Part shown: positions 1 through 8,569 of the stretch, piece by piece | Position numbering within the stretch: the stretch's first letter is position 1 | How the letters are laid out: every line of letters begins with the position of its first letter | Origin: Candidatus Scatosoma pullistercoris | GTDB taxonomy: Bacteria > Bacillota > Clostridia > Christensenellales > Borkfalkiaceae | NCBI GenBank assembly: GCA_018714725.1 | Contig: DVMZ01000172.1 | Span: forward strand, 1 to 49,904 | Direction: 5' to 3' | Length of the DNA: 49,904 nucleotides | Program-made: the position numbers and the translations under genes | The notes under the pieces: generated by a model | What the model saw: the letters and a program-made list of their open reading frames with translations, nothing else | What the model was told of the DNA's origin: nothing | The model's database searches: none

Positions 1-465
1 CACATCGGTGATGACGTAGTTGATCGTGACTTCCGCCGCGGTTCCCGCCGTCGTAGGCACTGCGATGATGGGCACAGAGGGTTTCTTGGTGGGCGCTACG
101 CCTTCCAGCGAACGCACGTCCTCAAATCCGGGGTTGGCGATGATAATGCCGATCGCCTTCGCGGTATCCATGGAAGAGCCGCCGCCGATAGCCACCAGGC
201 AGTCCGCGCCGCTGGCCTTGAACGCCGCCACGCCCGTCTGCACGTTCTCGATCGTGGGGTTGGGCTTGATCTCCGAATACAGCGTATAAGGAATGCCTGC
301 GCCTTCCAGGACATCCAGCACCTTCTTTGTAACGCCGAACTTCACGAGGTCGGGGTCAGAGCAGACAAAAGCTTTCGTCAGCCCTCTGCCGGCGATTTCG
401 CCGGGAATCTCTTTGATGCAACCTGCGCCGTGATAACTTGTCTCGTTCAGAACGATCCTTGCCAT
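1..465 (-). CDS. fucO: Lactaldehyde reductase / group III Fe-dependent alcohol dehydrogenase, N-terminal 155 codons only (C-terminus beyond left window edge)
   Basis: Not in the ORF track because it is open at the edge. Minus-strand ATG at 465-463 follows AAGGAG. My translation MARIVLNETSYHGAGCIKEIPGE...VAIGGGSSMDTAKAIGIIIANPGFEDVRSLEGVAPTKKPSVPIIAVPTTAGTAAEVTINYVITD closely parallels E. coli FucO. Last gene of the rhamnose operon. Confidence 0.9.
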   Translation of the reverse strand, partial: MARIVLNETSYHGAGCIKEIPGEIAGRGLTKAFVCSDPDLVKFGVTKKVLDVLEGAGIPYTLYSEIKPNPTIENVQTGVAAFKASGADCLVAIGGGSSMDTAKAIGIIIANPGFEDVRSLEGVAPTKKPSVPIIAVPTTAGTAAEVTINYVITDV

Positions 466-714
466 TGTTTTCTGTCTCCTTCTTTATTTATTTTTATTGT
501 TTTTTATTTCCGGAATCTCCGATTCCGATCGCTTTTTCTTTTCCGGCTTCCTTTCCGAATTGTTCCGGAATCTCTGCCGATCAGCCCTTCCGTCCGTCTG
601 TACGGACAGAAAACGCTTCCGCTTTATTTATAAACCGCTCATGCCTGCTTCAAACGCATTTCCGACCCCGATTTTCTGAATTTCCCGAAGTGCCGGGAAT
701 ACGCACACACCGGC

Positions 715-1032
715 TCAGGGGAGATAAAACACCTCTTCCAGCAGCGGCTGCGCGCCCGTATCCGCGTCCATGGTCATGTCCAGGACGTCTTTCATGAACT
801 CGTTCCACCTGTCCACGACGGGGCTCTCCGCCTGCACGCGGGCGGCGTAAGAAACGCCCTTTTCGCACTCGTAATAGCCGAAAACCTCTTCTCCCGAAAG
901 CCAGATGGAATAATTGACAATTCCCGCTTCTTTGAGGACCTTCTTCATCTCCGGCCAGATTTCCTTATGACGGCGGATATATTCCTCCCGTTTTCCGGGG
1001 CGGATTGCCGCTTTCCAGGCATAACGCTCCAT
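715..1032 (-). CDS. rhaM: L-rhamnose mutarotase
   Basis: Internal ATG (codon 72) of track ORF 715..1245. The 104-aa product MERYAWKAAIRPGKREEYIRRHKEIWPEM...LLEEVFYLP has the same length and EVFYLP C-terminus as E. coli RhaM/YiiL. Confidence 0.92.
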   Translation of the reverse strand: MERYAWKAAIRPGKREEYIRRHKEIWPEMKKVLKEAGIVNYSIWLSGEEVFGYYECEKGVSYAARVQAESPVVDRWNEFMKDVLDMTMDADTGAQPLLEEVFYLP

Positions 1033-1042
1033 AAACCGCCCC

Positions 1043-1891
1043 TTATTTTTCCAGCACGCCTTCGAGCGGGGTGACGTCAAAGCGCTTTGCCAGCCCCCAA
1101 AGCGTCTCGTCGGGGATGACGTTGACGGTGTGGCCGAGCGTAAGCATATAGATCTGCGCCGTCTTTTCCACCGTTTCGATGAGTCCGAACGCTTCGTCCA
1201 TGTCTTTGCCGGTGCCGTAAATGCCGTGATTGGTCCACACCACAAGCCGGAATTTCTTCATCTTTTCGGCGGTCGCTTCGCCGATCTCGTTGGTGCCGCA
1301 GACCATGCAGGGCAAAATGCCGACGCCGTCGGGAAATACGACGATGGATTCGGTATTGGACTGCCACAGTTTATGCGTAAAATCCTTTTCATCGGCGGGG
1401 CAGACGGTGTTCATCGCGATCGTATAGGTAGGATGCGAATGCATGACCACCCGGTGCGCGGGATCGACGGAAAGCCGGGAAATATGGCTCATGAGGTGCG
1501 CGGGCAGCTCCGAAGTGAAACGTCCGCCGTCCTTATATCCCCAGAGCAGTTCCGCCGTGGTGCCGTCCTTCGCGATCCGGATGATGCCGAGATTGGTTTC
1601 GGGATCGTATTCGACATTCTTGAAATACTTGCCCGTGCCCGTCACGATGAAAATTTTACCGATGAGCGGCGTGGCGTCAAATCCCGTGGGAATGGTACGG
1701 ATGACTTTGCCGAGGTCGAGGTACTGCGCCACTTCCTCTTCGTTCAGAAGATAGCTGATGTTGCCGCCGTTCCGCTCGTCCCAGCCGAGGCGGTACATGT
1801 TGGCCGTCGTCCGGCACATTTCCTGCACAAAAGGCGCTTTGAGGATATTCTTCAGTTTGCCTGCATTCTTTTTTGTTTCTGCCATGATCAT
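1043..1891 (-). CDS. rhaD: Rhamnulose-1-phosphate aldolase (class II aldolase fold)
   Basis: 282-aa track ORF. The motif LGWDERNGGNISYLL matches the RhaD signature GWDERNGGN. Located between rhaA and rhaM. Confidence 0.92.
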   Translation of the reverse strand: MIMAETKKNAGKLKNILKAPFVQEMCRTTANMYRLGWDERNGGNISYLLNEEEVAQYLDLGKVIRTIPTGFDATPLIGKIFIVTGTGKYFKNVEYDPETNLGIIRIAKDGTTAELLWGYKDGGRFTSELPAHLMSHISRLSVDPAHRVVMHSHPTYTIAMNTVCPADEKDFTHKLWQSNTESIVVFPDGVGILPCMVCGTNEIGEATAEKMKKFRLVVWTNHGIYGTGKDMDEAFGLIETVEKTAQIYMLTLGHTVNVIPDETLWGLAKRFDVTPLEGVLEK

Positions 1892-1968
1892 AAACTCCTT
1901 TTTTCAGACTCTTTTGAAATTTTCAGCTTTATCAATGTCACCGACATCCGCCGGACGGCATATTCCGG

Positions 1969-3213
1969 TTATTTGCGGGCGGAAAGAACTTCCTTTTCAT
2001 ACGTTTCCACTTCGCCGTACCATTCGTCGGAAAGGCCCTGTTTTGCGAGATATTCATTCCAGACGTCGCCCATGGGCATGGTCTTGAACAGCTCGTTCAT
2101 ATACATCAGCTTCCCGAAATTGGCTTCGTCCTGCAACGCTTTCAGCTGTGCATTGGGCAGCAACAGCGCATACAGAAGCGCTTTCTGCATCGAGCGTTCG
2201 CCCGTCACCCACGCACCGATACGGTTGATGGAAGCGTCGAAATAGTCCAGCCCGATGATGACCTTTTCCGTCGCGTCGTTGCGGACGATCTCCTTGGCGA
2301 TTTCCTTGAGTTCGTCGTCGAGAATCACCACATGATCGCTGTCCCAGCGCACGGGGCGGGAAACGTGCAGCGCCACTTTGTCATAGAAGGCAAGCAGTGC
2401 GGGAATCTTATCGGAAACCACTTCCGTGGGATGATAGTGTCCCGTATCCAGAAGACAGCAGATGCCCGCTTTCGCCGCATAATTCTGATAGAATTCGTTG
2501 CTGCCCACCGTATAGCTTTCCAGCCCGATGCCGAACACCTTGCTTTCGACGGCGGGAATCACCCATTTCTTGTCGTAGTCCGCAAGAATCTGGTCGAGCG
2601 AATCTTTAAGGCGCAGGCGGGGCGAAAGCCTGTCTGCGGGAATGTCCTTGTATCCGTCGGGAATCCAGATGTTGACGAAGCAGGGCGAGTTCATGGCTTT
2701 GCCGATCTCCGCCGCAATGGCGAGGCAGGCTTTGCCGTGATTGATCCAGAACTTTCTGGTCTCCGCGTCGGGCGAGGAGAGGGACAACCCGTCCTTCATC
2801 TTCGGGTGCGCGAAAAACGTCGGGTTGAAATCGATGCCCGAGATCCCGTTTTCCTTGGCAAATTTCACCCAGGGTTCAAAATACTTGTAAGTGTACGCGT
2901 CCCTGTCCACTTTGCCCTTGTCCGCGCCCAGCACGGCATAACTGGCGTGCAGGTTCAGCCGCTTCTTGCCGGGCATCAGGGAAAATGCCTTCTTGATGTC
3001 CTGTTTAAGCTGTTCGAATCCCACAGCTTTTCCGGGATAGTTTCCCGTCGTCTGAATGCCGCCGTCCAGCGAATCGCTTCCGTCGAACCCGATGACGTCG
3101 TCGCCCTGCCAGCAATGCACGCTGACGGGAATTTCTTTCAGCGCCGCAATCGCCTTGTCGGTGTCGATGCCGTATGCGGCATACATCTTTTTCGCTTCTT
3201 CGTATCTTAACAT
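1969..3213 (-). CDS. rhaA: L-rhamnose isomerase
   Basis: 414 aa. IPVSVHCWQGDDVIGFD parallels E. coli RhaA PVSMHCWQGDDVSGFE. The length is typical. Confidence 0.95.
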   Translation of the reverse strand: MLRYEEAKKMYAAYGIDTDKAIAALKEIPVSVHCWQGDDVIGFDGSDSLDGGIQTTGNYPGKAVGFEQLKQDIKKAFSLMPGKKRLNLHASYAVLGADKGKVDRDAYTYKYFEPWVKFAKENGISGIDFNPTFFAHPKMKDGLSLSSPDAETRKFWINHGKACLAIAAEIGKAMNSPCFVNIWIPDGYKDIPADRLSPRLRLKDSLDQILADYDKKWVIPAVESKVFGIGLESYTVGSNEFYQNYAAKAGICCLLDTGHYHPTEVVSDKIPALLAFYDKVALHVSRPVRWDSDHVVILDDELKEIAKEIVRNDATEKVIIGLDYFDASINRIGAWVTGERSMQKALLYALLLPNAQLKALQDEANFGKLMYMNELFKTMPMGDVWNEYLAKQGLSDEWYGEVETYEKEVLSARK

Positions 3214-3295
3214 GCTTTCCGTCTCCTTTTCAGGTTATTTTTTATGTACCGACAGAGCCGCCGGACACCGCCGTCACACTCTGTCCCTTTCTTTT

Positions 3296-4696
3296 TCAAA
3301 GCTCCCGGATGTCAAAGGAATTGCGGATAATTTCCCGTCCTTCCGCCACGGAAGCCAGTTCTCCGGCTCCGACCATCTGCATCATCGCATTGCCGATCGC
3401 CGTGCCCTCCGCAGGACCGGTGACGATCCGCTTTCCCGTGTACTCCGCCGTGAGCTCGTTGAGGAATTCGTTTTTGCTCCCCCCGCCGATGATGTTGAGC
3501 GTATCGTACTTTTCGCCCGTCAGCTCTTCCAGCGCGGCGAGGCTCTTCGCATAGCTCTTCGCCAGGCTGTTGAAAATGCAATAGGCCAGTCCGCCCACCG
3601 AAAGCTGTTTCCCGACCGCCGCGTTGATCTCCCCGATCATGCTCGTCGGTGCGAGGAACCGGTCGTCGTTGACGTCCACGACGTCGCTCACGCGGTTGAT
3701 CCGCGCCAGAGAAGCGAGGGTGGAGAAATCGTACTTATCGTTGAGCTCGTGCCGTACCTGCTGAATCATCCAAAGCCCCATGATGTTCTTCTGCAGGCGG
3801 AAATTCCCGTTCACGCTGCCCTCGTTGGAATAGTCGAGTTCGCGCGCCTTGTCCGAAGTGTTTGCCGCCCCGCGCTCCACGCCGAGCAGAGACCAGGTGC
3901 CGCTGGAAATATAGGGCGTCTGTCCGCGAAGGGGCGCTGCCAGAACGGCGCTGGCCGTGTCATGCGTCGCCGGCAAAACCACTTTCGATTGATAGCCGAC
4001 GAATTCTGCGACCTCTTCGGTGAATTCCCCCACCGTCTCGCCCGGCTGGGAAAGTTCGCCGAACAGCGATCTGTCATATCCGAGCGTATCGAGAATCTCC
4101 TCGTCCCAGCGATGCGTCCGGGCGTTCACCATACCCGTGGTCGTAGCGTTGGTGTATTCCTGTTTCTTCACGCCCGTCAGGCGGAAATGAAAGTAATCGG
4201 GGAGCATCAGAAAGCTCTTCGCCCCGTCCAGACGCCCGCTCCGCTTGTCGTCAAAGAGCTGATACACCGTATTGAACGGCTGGTGCTGAATGCCCGTACG
4301 CGCATACAGTTCGGCATAGGACATCTTCCGGTGCACCGAAGGAATGGCGCTCTTTGTCCGGCCGTCGCGGTAACAATACACGCCGTCGATCGGCCTGTCC
4401 TCTCCGTCCAGGAGCACATAGTCCACCCCCCAGGTGTCCACGCCCACGGAAGCGGGAATCTTGTTCATCTCCCCCGCCTTTTTCAGACCGTTGAGGATTT
4501 CGGAAAACAGGCGTTCCGCATTCCACATCAGACGCCGGTTCCCCTGCGCGCCCAGCGCGCCGGGCGTACCCGGAAACGTTTCCGGGCCGTTGGAAAAACG
4601 GTAAATCTCTTCCGTCACCATCTTCCCGTCTTCCAGATGCGCGAGAATATGACGGCCGGAAGACGCACCGATATCGACTGCAAGATAATATTTCAT
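3296..4696 (-). CDS. rhaB: Rhamnulokinase (FGGY carbohydrate kinase)
   Basis: Track ORF 3296..4702 begins at a GTG inside the SD. ATG at 4696 lies 5 nt after AAGGAG. MKYYLAVDIGASSGRHIL is the FGGY N-terminal motif. First gene of the operon. Confidence 0.93.
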   Translation of the reverse strand: MKYYLAVDIGASSGRHILAHLEDGKMVTEEIYRFSNGPETFPGTPGALGAQGNRRLMWNAERLFSEILNGLKKAGEMNKIPASVGVDTWGVDYVLLDGEDRPIDGVYCYRDGRTKSAIPSVHRKMSYAELYARTGIQHQPFNTVYQLFDDKRSGRLDGAKSFLMLPDYFHFRLTGVKKQEYTNATTTGMVNARTHRWDEEILDTLGYDRSLFGELSQPGETVGEFTEEVAEFVGYQSKVVLPATHDTASAVLAAPLRGQTPYISSGTWSLLGVERGAANTSDKARELDYSNEGSVNGNFRLQKNIMGLWMIQQVRHELNDKYDFSTLASLARINRVSDVVDVNDDRFLAPTSMIGEINAAVGKQLSVGGLAYCIFNSLAKSYAKSLAALEELTGEKYDTLNIIGGGSKNEFLNELTAEYTGKRIVTGPAEGTAIGNAMMQMVGAGELASVAEGREIIRNSFDIREL

Positions 4697-4746
4697 GTAC
4701 ACTCCTTATCCGGATTTTCCCGATTGCTTTTTTCAAAGACATTGAC

Positions 4747-4775
4747 ATTATAACACATCTTTTTTCATTTGTCTA
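4747..4775 (-). promoter_or_regulatory. Predicted sigma-A-type promoter of the rhaB-rhaA-rhaD-rhaM-fucO operon
   Basis: Minus strand: TAGACA (4775-4770), 17-nt spacer, TGtTATAAT (-10 hexamer 4752-4747 with extended TG), about 50 nt upstream of the rhaB ATG. Confidence 0.5.
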
Positions 4776-4790
4776 TATGTGACCGAAAGA

Positions 4791-4819
4791 TTGACAAAAA
4801 AGAATTTTTATGCTATCAT
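4791..4819 (+). promoter_or_regulatory. Predicted sigma-A-type promoter of the DeoR regulator gene
   Basis: TTGACA (4791-4796), 17-nt spacer, TGcTATCAT (-10 at 4814-4819). Coordinates anchored on track ORFs 4779 and 4810. Confidence 0.55.
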
Positions 4820-4827
4820 ACAATCAC

Positions 4828-4847
4828 AAACGAACAAAAACGAACAA
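4828..4847 (+). repeat. Perfect tandem direct repeat, 2 x AAACGAACAA, in the deoR leader (candidate operator)
   Basis: 4828-4837 and 4838-4847 are identical. The repeat lies between the -10 box and the deoR ATG at 4861. Confidence 0.85.
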
Positions 4848-4860
4848 GGAAATCCCAAAA

Positions 4861-5604
4861 ATGCTGACGACGGAAAGACAGAACATGATCATGGACTACC
4901 TCAAAGAGCACAAGACGGCGGTGGTGCGGAAGCTGGCCGCTTCGCTGTACGTCAGCGAAGCGACGGTGCGGCGGGATCTGAAAGAATTGCAGAAAATGGG
5001 GCTGATCGAACGCAGCCACGGCGGGGCGGTGCTCCCGGAAAACGCAGAGGAAATCTCCATCTTCGTGCGCATCAGCAAAAATGCGAAAGAAAAGGAACGG
5101 GCGGCGACCAACGCCCTGAAAATCCTTCCGGATTTTCCCTTCCGCAGCCTTTTCATCGACAGTTCTTCCACCGCGCTCGCGCTGGCGGGGCGCATGGACC
5201 TGAGCTATAAAACGGTGGTCACCAACAATCTGCAAACGGCGATGCAGCTTTCCAAAAAACCCAACATCACCCTCATTCTGCTGGGCGGAAACGTACAGTT
5301 CAACACCAATTCCGCAACCGGGAGCTGGACGGCCGGACAGCTGGGCGAGTTCTCGTTCGATCTCATGCTCGCCTCCTGTGCCGCGGTCATCGGCGGAGAG
5401 GCCTTCGAGCGATCTCTCGATCAGAAAGAGCTCAAACGCATTGCCATGACCCGGAGCGCCCGGCGCATTCTCCTCGTCGATTCCAGCAAATTTTCGGCGC
5501 ACGGCACCTATCGTCTCGCGCCGCTGTCCGCTTTCGACTGCGTCGTCACCGACGTTCCCCCTCCCGCCGACTTACAGGGCGGAAACATACGCTTTTCCTA
5601 CTGA
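4861..5604 (+). CDS. DeoR/GlpR-family transcriptional regulator (probable rhamnose-operon repressor)
   Basis: Internal ATG (codon 18) of track ORF 4810..5604. MLTTERQNMIMDYLKEHKTAVVRKLAASLYVSEATVRRDLKELQKMGLIERSHGGAV is a typical DeoR HTH N-terminus. The C-terminal sugar-phosphate-binding domain has typical length. Divergent from rhaB. Confidence 0.88.
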   Translation: MLTTERQNMIMDYLKEHKTAVVRKLAASLYVSEATVRRDLKELQKMGLIERSHGGAVLPENAEEISIFVRISKNAKEKERAATNALKILPDFPFRSLFIDSSSTALALAGRMDLSYKTVVTNNLQTAMQLSKKPNITLILLGGNVQFNTNSATGSWTAGQLGEFSFDLMLASCAAVIGGEAFERSLDQKELKRIAMTRSARRILLVDSSKFSAHGTYRLAPLSAFDCVVTDVPPPADLQGGNIRFSY

Positions 5605-5767
5605 CCCCGCCCTTTTTTGATTCCGGAACGCCCGGGAACGTGCAGGCGAAGCCGTCGTCTGCCGCGGCAGGCAAATCGCGGAGCGAATCGCGTATGGGAG
5701 CGCGTATATTTTCACCATAGGCGCAAATACTGTATCCGACGGGTTTTCCCGCCGGAGGAAACGCGAT

Positions 5768-6610
5768 GTGAAAAAGCTGTTCCGGTTATACCATCTTTTC
5801 TTCACGGCCTGGTTCTGCGGGCTCGTTTTGTTGTCCGGCGTCTGTGCCGCCGGCTTTTTTCCGTCTGCCGCAAGCTCCGGAGCCCTCTCTGTTTCCCGCG
5901 CCGTCCTCCCGGCGGCCGCCGTCACGGAAACGGAAGCGCTGCGCTGGGACACCTCGGATACGGACATTTCAAAGGTGGACGCAAACAGAAAGCTGATCGC
6001 TTTCACCTTTGACGACGCCCCCGACAGCACTCTGAAAGCGCTGACGGAAGTCTTTGAACAGTTTAACGAACAAAATCCCGACTGTCCTGCCTCCGCCACT
6101 TTTTTCTGCAACGGTATCCGGATCGATTCCGGCACTTTCCCGTTGCTCAAAAAAGCCTATCAGGCCGGTTTCGAGCTGGGAAATCATACCGATTCCCACA
6201 AAAATCTCCTCAGGCTCTCTTCCGAAGAAATCCGGAAAGAGATCGACGCGGTGGATAAAATCCTGCAGAAGATAGACGGAAAGCCCGTCCACCTCCTCCG
6301 CGTTCCCTACGGCAATTACAACGACAAAGTGAGACGGGAAGCGCAGGCACCTCTCATCGACTGGGAAATCGACACCGAGGACTGGAAGGGAATTTCCGCA
6401 GACCGCATTTTCAACGAAATTTATTCAAAACGCCGTCCCGGGTCTATCGTGCTCATGCACGACGGCTACCGCCACACGGTGGAAGCCGTCTCCCGGCTTT
6501 TGCCCCTTCTCAAAGCCGAAGGCTGGCAGGTCGTCGGAGTTTCCCAGCTGTCCAAAGCCCTCGGGCGCCCCTTGTATGCCGGAAAAGTCTACACGCACGT
6601 CAGCCGATGA
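5768..6610 (+). CDS. Polysaccharide deacetylase (NodB homology domain) with N-terminal membrane anchor/signal
   Basis: GTG start 8 nt after GGAGGAAA. Hydrophobic N-terminus LFRLYHLFFTAWFCGLVLLSGVCAAG. NodB motifs FTFDDAP, NHTDSH and LMHD. Confidence 0.85.
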   Translation: MKKLFRLYHLFFTAWFCGLVLLSGVCAAGFFPSAASSGALSVSRAVLPAAAVTETEALRWDTSDTDISKVDANRKLIAFTFDDAPDSTLKALTEVFEQFNEQNPDCPASATFFCNGIRIDSGTFPLLKKAYQAGFELGNHTDSHKNLLRLSSEEIRKEIDAVDKILQKIDGKPVHLLRVPYGNYNDKVRREAQAPLIDWEIDTEDWKGISADRIFNEIYSKRRPGSIVLMHDGYRHTVEAVSRLLPLLKAEGWQVVGVSQLSKALGRPLYAGKVYTHVSR

Positions 6611-6695
6611 CTGACCCGGCGCGACGCAGCTAAAAAAACGCGGACCAATGCTTGTCCCGCCGCGTATTCCTTTCTTTTCCCATATCATCCGAAAC

Positions 6696-6730
6696 CCGCA
6701 GGCGCCCGGCTTGAAGCCGGGCGCCTGCGG
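6696..6730. terminator. Perfect 15-bp GC-rich hairpin between convergent genes (candidate bidirectional terminator)
   Basis: CCGCAGGCGCCCGGC (6696-6710), loop TTGAA, GCCGGGCGCCTGCGG (6716-6730). It lies between the deacetylase stop (6610) and the Cys-rich ORF stop (6739). The flanking U-tracts are poor. Confidence 0.45.
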
Positions 6731-6738
6731 CCGGTCAT

Positions 6739-6999
6739 TTACCTGTCCGAAAAATTCCCGTCCGTCCGGAAAACGGCGCAGATCGGCGGCAGGCTCCTGC
6801 CGCAGCAGGGACAACACGGACAGCACGGACACCGACAAACGCAGACGCACGGACGGCAACAGCGAAAACAGGTGAGATCATAGCAATACCTTTTCGAGCG
6901 TACCGGGTCGCGCACGACGGTCGTCACCGGATTGCTGAAAAACACTCTGCCGCGCCCGTCCGATACGTTGGAAACATTGACAATCTTCATCGTCTTCAT
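6739..6999 (-). CDS. Hypothetical 86-aa protein with hyper-cysteine-rich C-terminal half
   Basis: Track ORF MKTMKIVNVSNVSDGRGRVFFSNPVTTVVRDPVRSKRYCYDLTCFRCCRPCVCVCRCPCCPCCPCCGRSLPPICAVFRTDGNFSDR. Its ATG overlaps the upstream stop (ATGA at 6999-6996). Codons are GC3-rich like neighbouring genes. No homologue recognised. Confidence 0.45.
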   Translation of the reverse strand: MKTMKIVNVSNVSDGRGRVFFSNPVTTVVRDPVRSKRYCYDLTCFRCCRPCVCVCRCPCCPCCPCCGRSLPPICAVFRTDGNFSDR

Positions 7000-7205
7000 A
7001 TCACCGTCACCGCAAATTCCACGGTGACGCTCTGCCCCGCGGGAAAATCGTTTACTTTCAACGAGCTGTCCGGACTGATAAACGCGCCGATCGAGCCCAG
7101 CGTTCCCGCCCGGTTCGCGTCCGCCGCTTTGCTCAGCCCCAACGTATTTCCGATAAAGACGATTTCCCCGTTTTTGATGTTGGAATATCGTTGCAGTATA
7201 GGCAT
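6996..7205 (-). CDS. Hypothetical 69-aa protein resembling the N-terminal segment of DUF11 / conserved-repeat-domain surface proteins (possibly a gene remnant)
   Basis: ATG at codon 15 of track ORF 6996..7247, with GAGG 9 nt upstream. MPILQRYSNIKNGEIVFIGNTLGLSKAADANRAGTLGSIGAFISPDSSLKVNDFPAGQS... recalls the xRFS..NG.I.F.GNTLGLS start of Bacillus/Clostridium DUF11 proteins. That pattern is from memory and has not been searched. Confidence 0.4.
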   Translation of the reverse strand: MPILQRYSNIKNGEIVFIGNTLGLSKAADANRAGTLGSIGAFISPDSSLKVNDFPAGQSVTVEFAVTVI

Positions 7206-7456
7206 CTGGTCAAACCTCAAAAAAATTACATAACTCCGGCCGGTCACAAAACATGACCGGCGGTTTTATGTAAAATCCTTTTCCCGAACCGGAGTCTTTT
7301 CCGGCTTTCCCGCCGGTTTCTCTTCGGGAAAATGCTCAATATGTCTTTCTGCATATATACGCCGGCATCAGAAAAATTAGTTCCCCCGATCGCGTGCGAT
7401 TGTCCCGCGGCCCAAGAACCGTCCGCCGCGACGCAAACGATGTCGCCGGACAACCG

Positions 7457-7504
7457 CAGAAAATACAAAACCCCCGGAGCGGATTTTTTAAGACCGCTCC
7501 GGGG
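7457..7504 (-). terminator. Intrinsic terminator downstream of the esterase gene
   Basis: 11-bp stem CCCCGGAGCGG (7472-7482) / CCGCTCCGGGG (7494-7504). On the minus strand it is followed by GUUUUGUAUUUUCUG (7471-7457). Confidence 0.6.
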
Positions 7505-7635
7505 ATAGGCAATATATTTTATGTATCGGACGTCCGTTCGCCGGAAAGGGTCCGCCGATCAGATTCCTTTCCCGATTTTCCGCATCCCGGACGGAAAAGA
7601 AAATCGGATACTCGCAGTTTCAAAAAGTCCGGCGC

Positions 7636-8469
7636 TCAGAAGTCTTCCTTGACAAACAGGCGGAAGAACGACGCGCAGTTGTCTAACCAGGCGCTGTTTT
7701 TCCGGAGGAAATCCCCGCCGCCGATATTGATTTCTTTATTGCAGACGGAGGAACCGTGCTCACCGCGCGGATAAATATGCAGTTCGTAGGGAATTTTCTT
7801 TTTGGCGAGGGCAAGCGCGAACACCAGCGAATTTTCCGCCGGAACGCAAGTGTCCTCGGCCGTCGTCCAGATAAAGGCGGGCGCCGTCGATCCGGTGACC
7901 CGGCTGTCGAGACTGAGCTCTTTCCGAAGCACTTCCTTCGCTTCTTCCGTATATCCCTCCAACAGGTTTTCAAAGGAATCCGTATGGCCGCAGGCATAGG
8001 AAATAACGGGATAGGAAAGCCCTACCGCCGTCGGGCGGCAATCGAGCGAAAGTCCCGTCTTCTGCGCCACGCAATCCCATTCCACGGCGAGATTTCCCGC
8101 CAGATGTCCGCCCGCGGAAAATCCCACCACAAAAATTTCATCGGGATTGACGGACATCTCCTCCGCGTGCTTTTTCACATAATCCACCGCGGCGGCCAGC
8201 TCGGCGAGCTGTTCGGGATAGCGCACGCCGTCCGGACGGCACAGGTAAGTGAGCACAAACGTCTGGAAGCCCCTGGCGAGAAACGCTTCGGCGACCGGTT
8301 CGCCCTCCCGTTTGCTCACCATCCAGTATCCGCCGCCGGGGACGACGATGACGGCCGGACGGCGCCATTCAGACGCGCCCGTGTCGTAAATATCATTCCC
8401 GAGAATACATTCCAGTTCGCCGCCTTCAAGTCCGTACTCCTTCTTCAAAGAAACTTTGTAGCTTTTCAT
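7636..8469 (-). CDS. Alpha/beta-hydrolase esterase (acetyl-esterase/lipase-like)
   Basis: 277 aa. PAVIVVPGGGY oxyanion region, nucleophile elbow GFSAGGHLA, C-terminal His region YPRGEHG. Confidence 0.8.
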   Translation of the reverse strand: MKSYKVSLKKEYGLEGGELECILGNDIYDTGASEWRRPAVIVVPGGGYWMVSKREGEPVAEAFLARGFQTFVLTYLCRPDGVRYPEQLAELAAAVDYVKKHAEEMSVNPDEIFVVGFSAGGHLAGNLAVEWDCVAQKTGLSLDCRPTAVGLSYPVISYACGHTDSFENLLEGYTEEAKEVLRKELSLDSRVTGSTAPAFIWTTAEDTCVPAENSLVFALALAKKKIPYELHIYPRGEHGSSVCNKEINIGGGDFLRKNSAWLDNCASFFRLFVKEDF

Positions 8470-8531
8470 CTCTTTTCTCCTGATTTTTATTTTCGGGAAA
8501 CGCGCGAAGACGCTTCCTGTTTTTTATAAAT

Positions 8532-8551
8532 TATTTCCGTATATTTCCGTA
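8532..8551 (-). repeat. Perfect tandem direct repeat 2 x TACGGAAATA (minus-strand reading) upstream of the esterase gene
   Basis: Plus strand TATTTCCGTA at 8532-8541 and 8542-8551. Coordinates anchored on the stop of track ORF 7756..8529 and the LtaS-like stop at 8570. Confidence 0.85.
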
Positions 8552-8569
8552 CGCTCGCCGATCGTCCGA

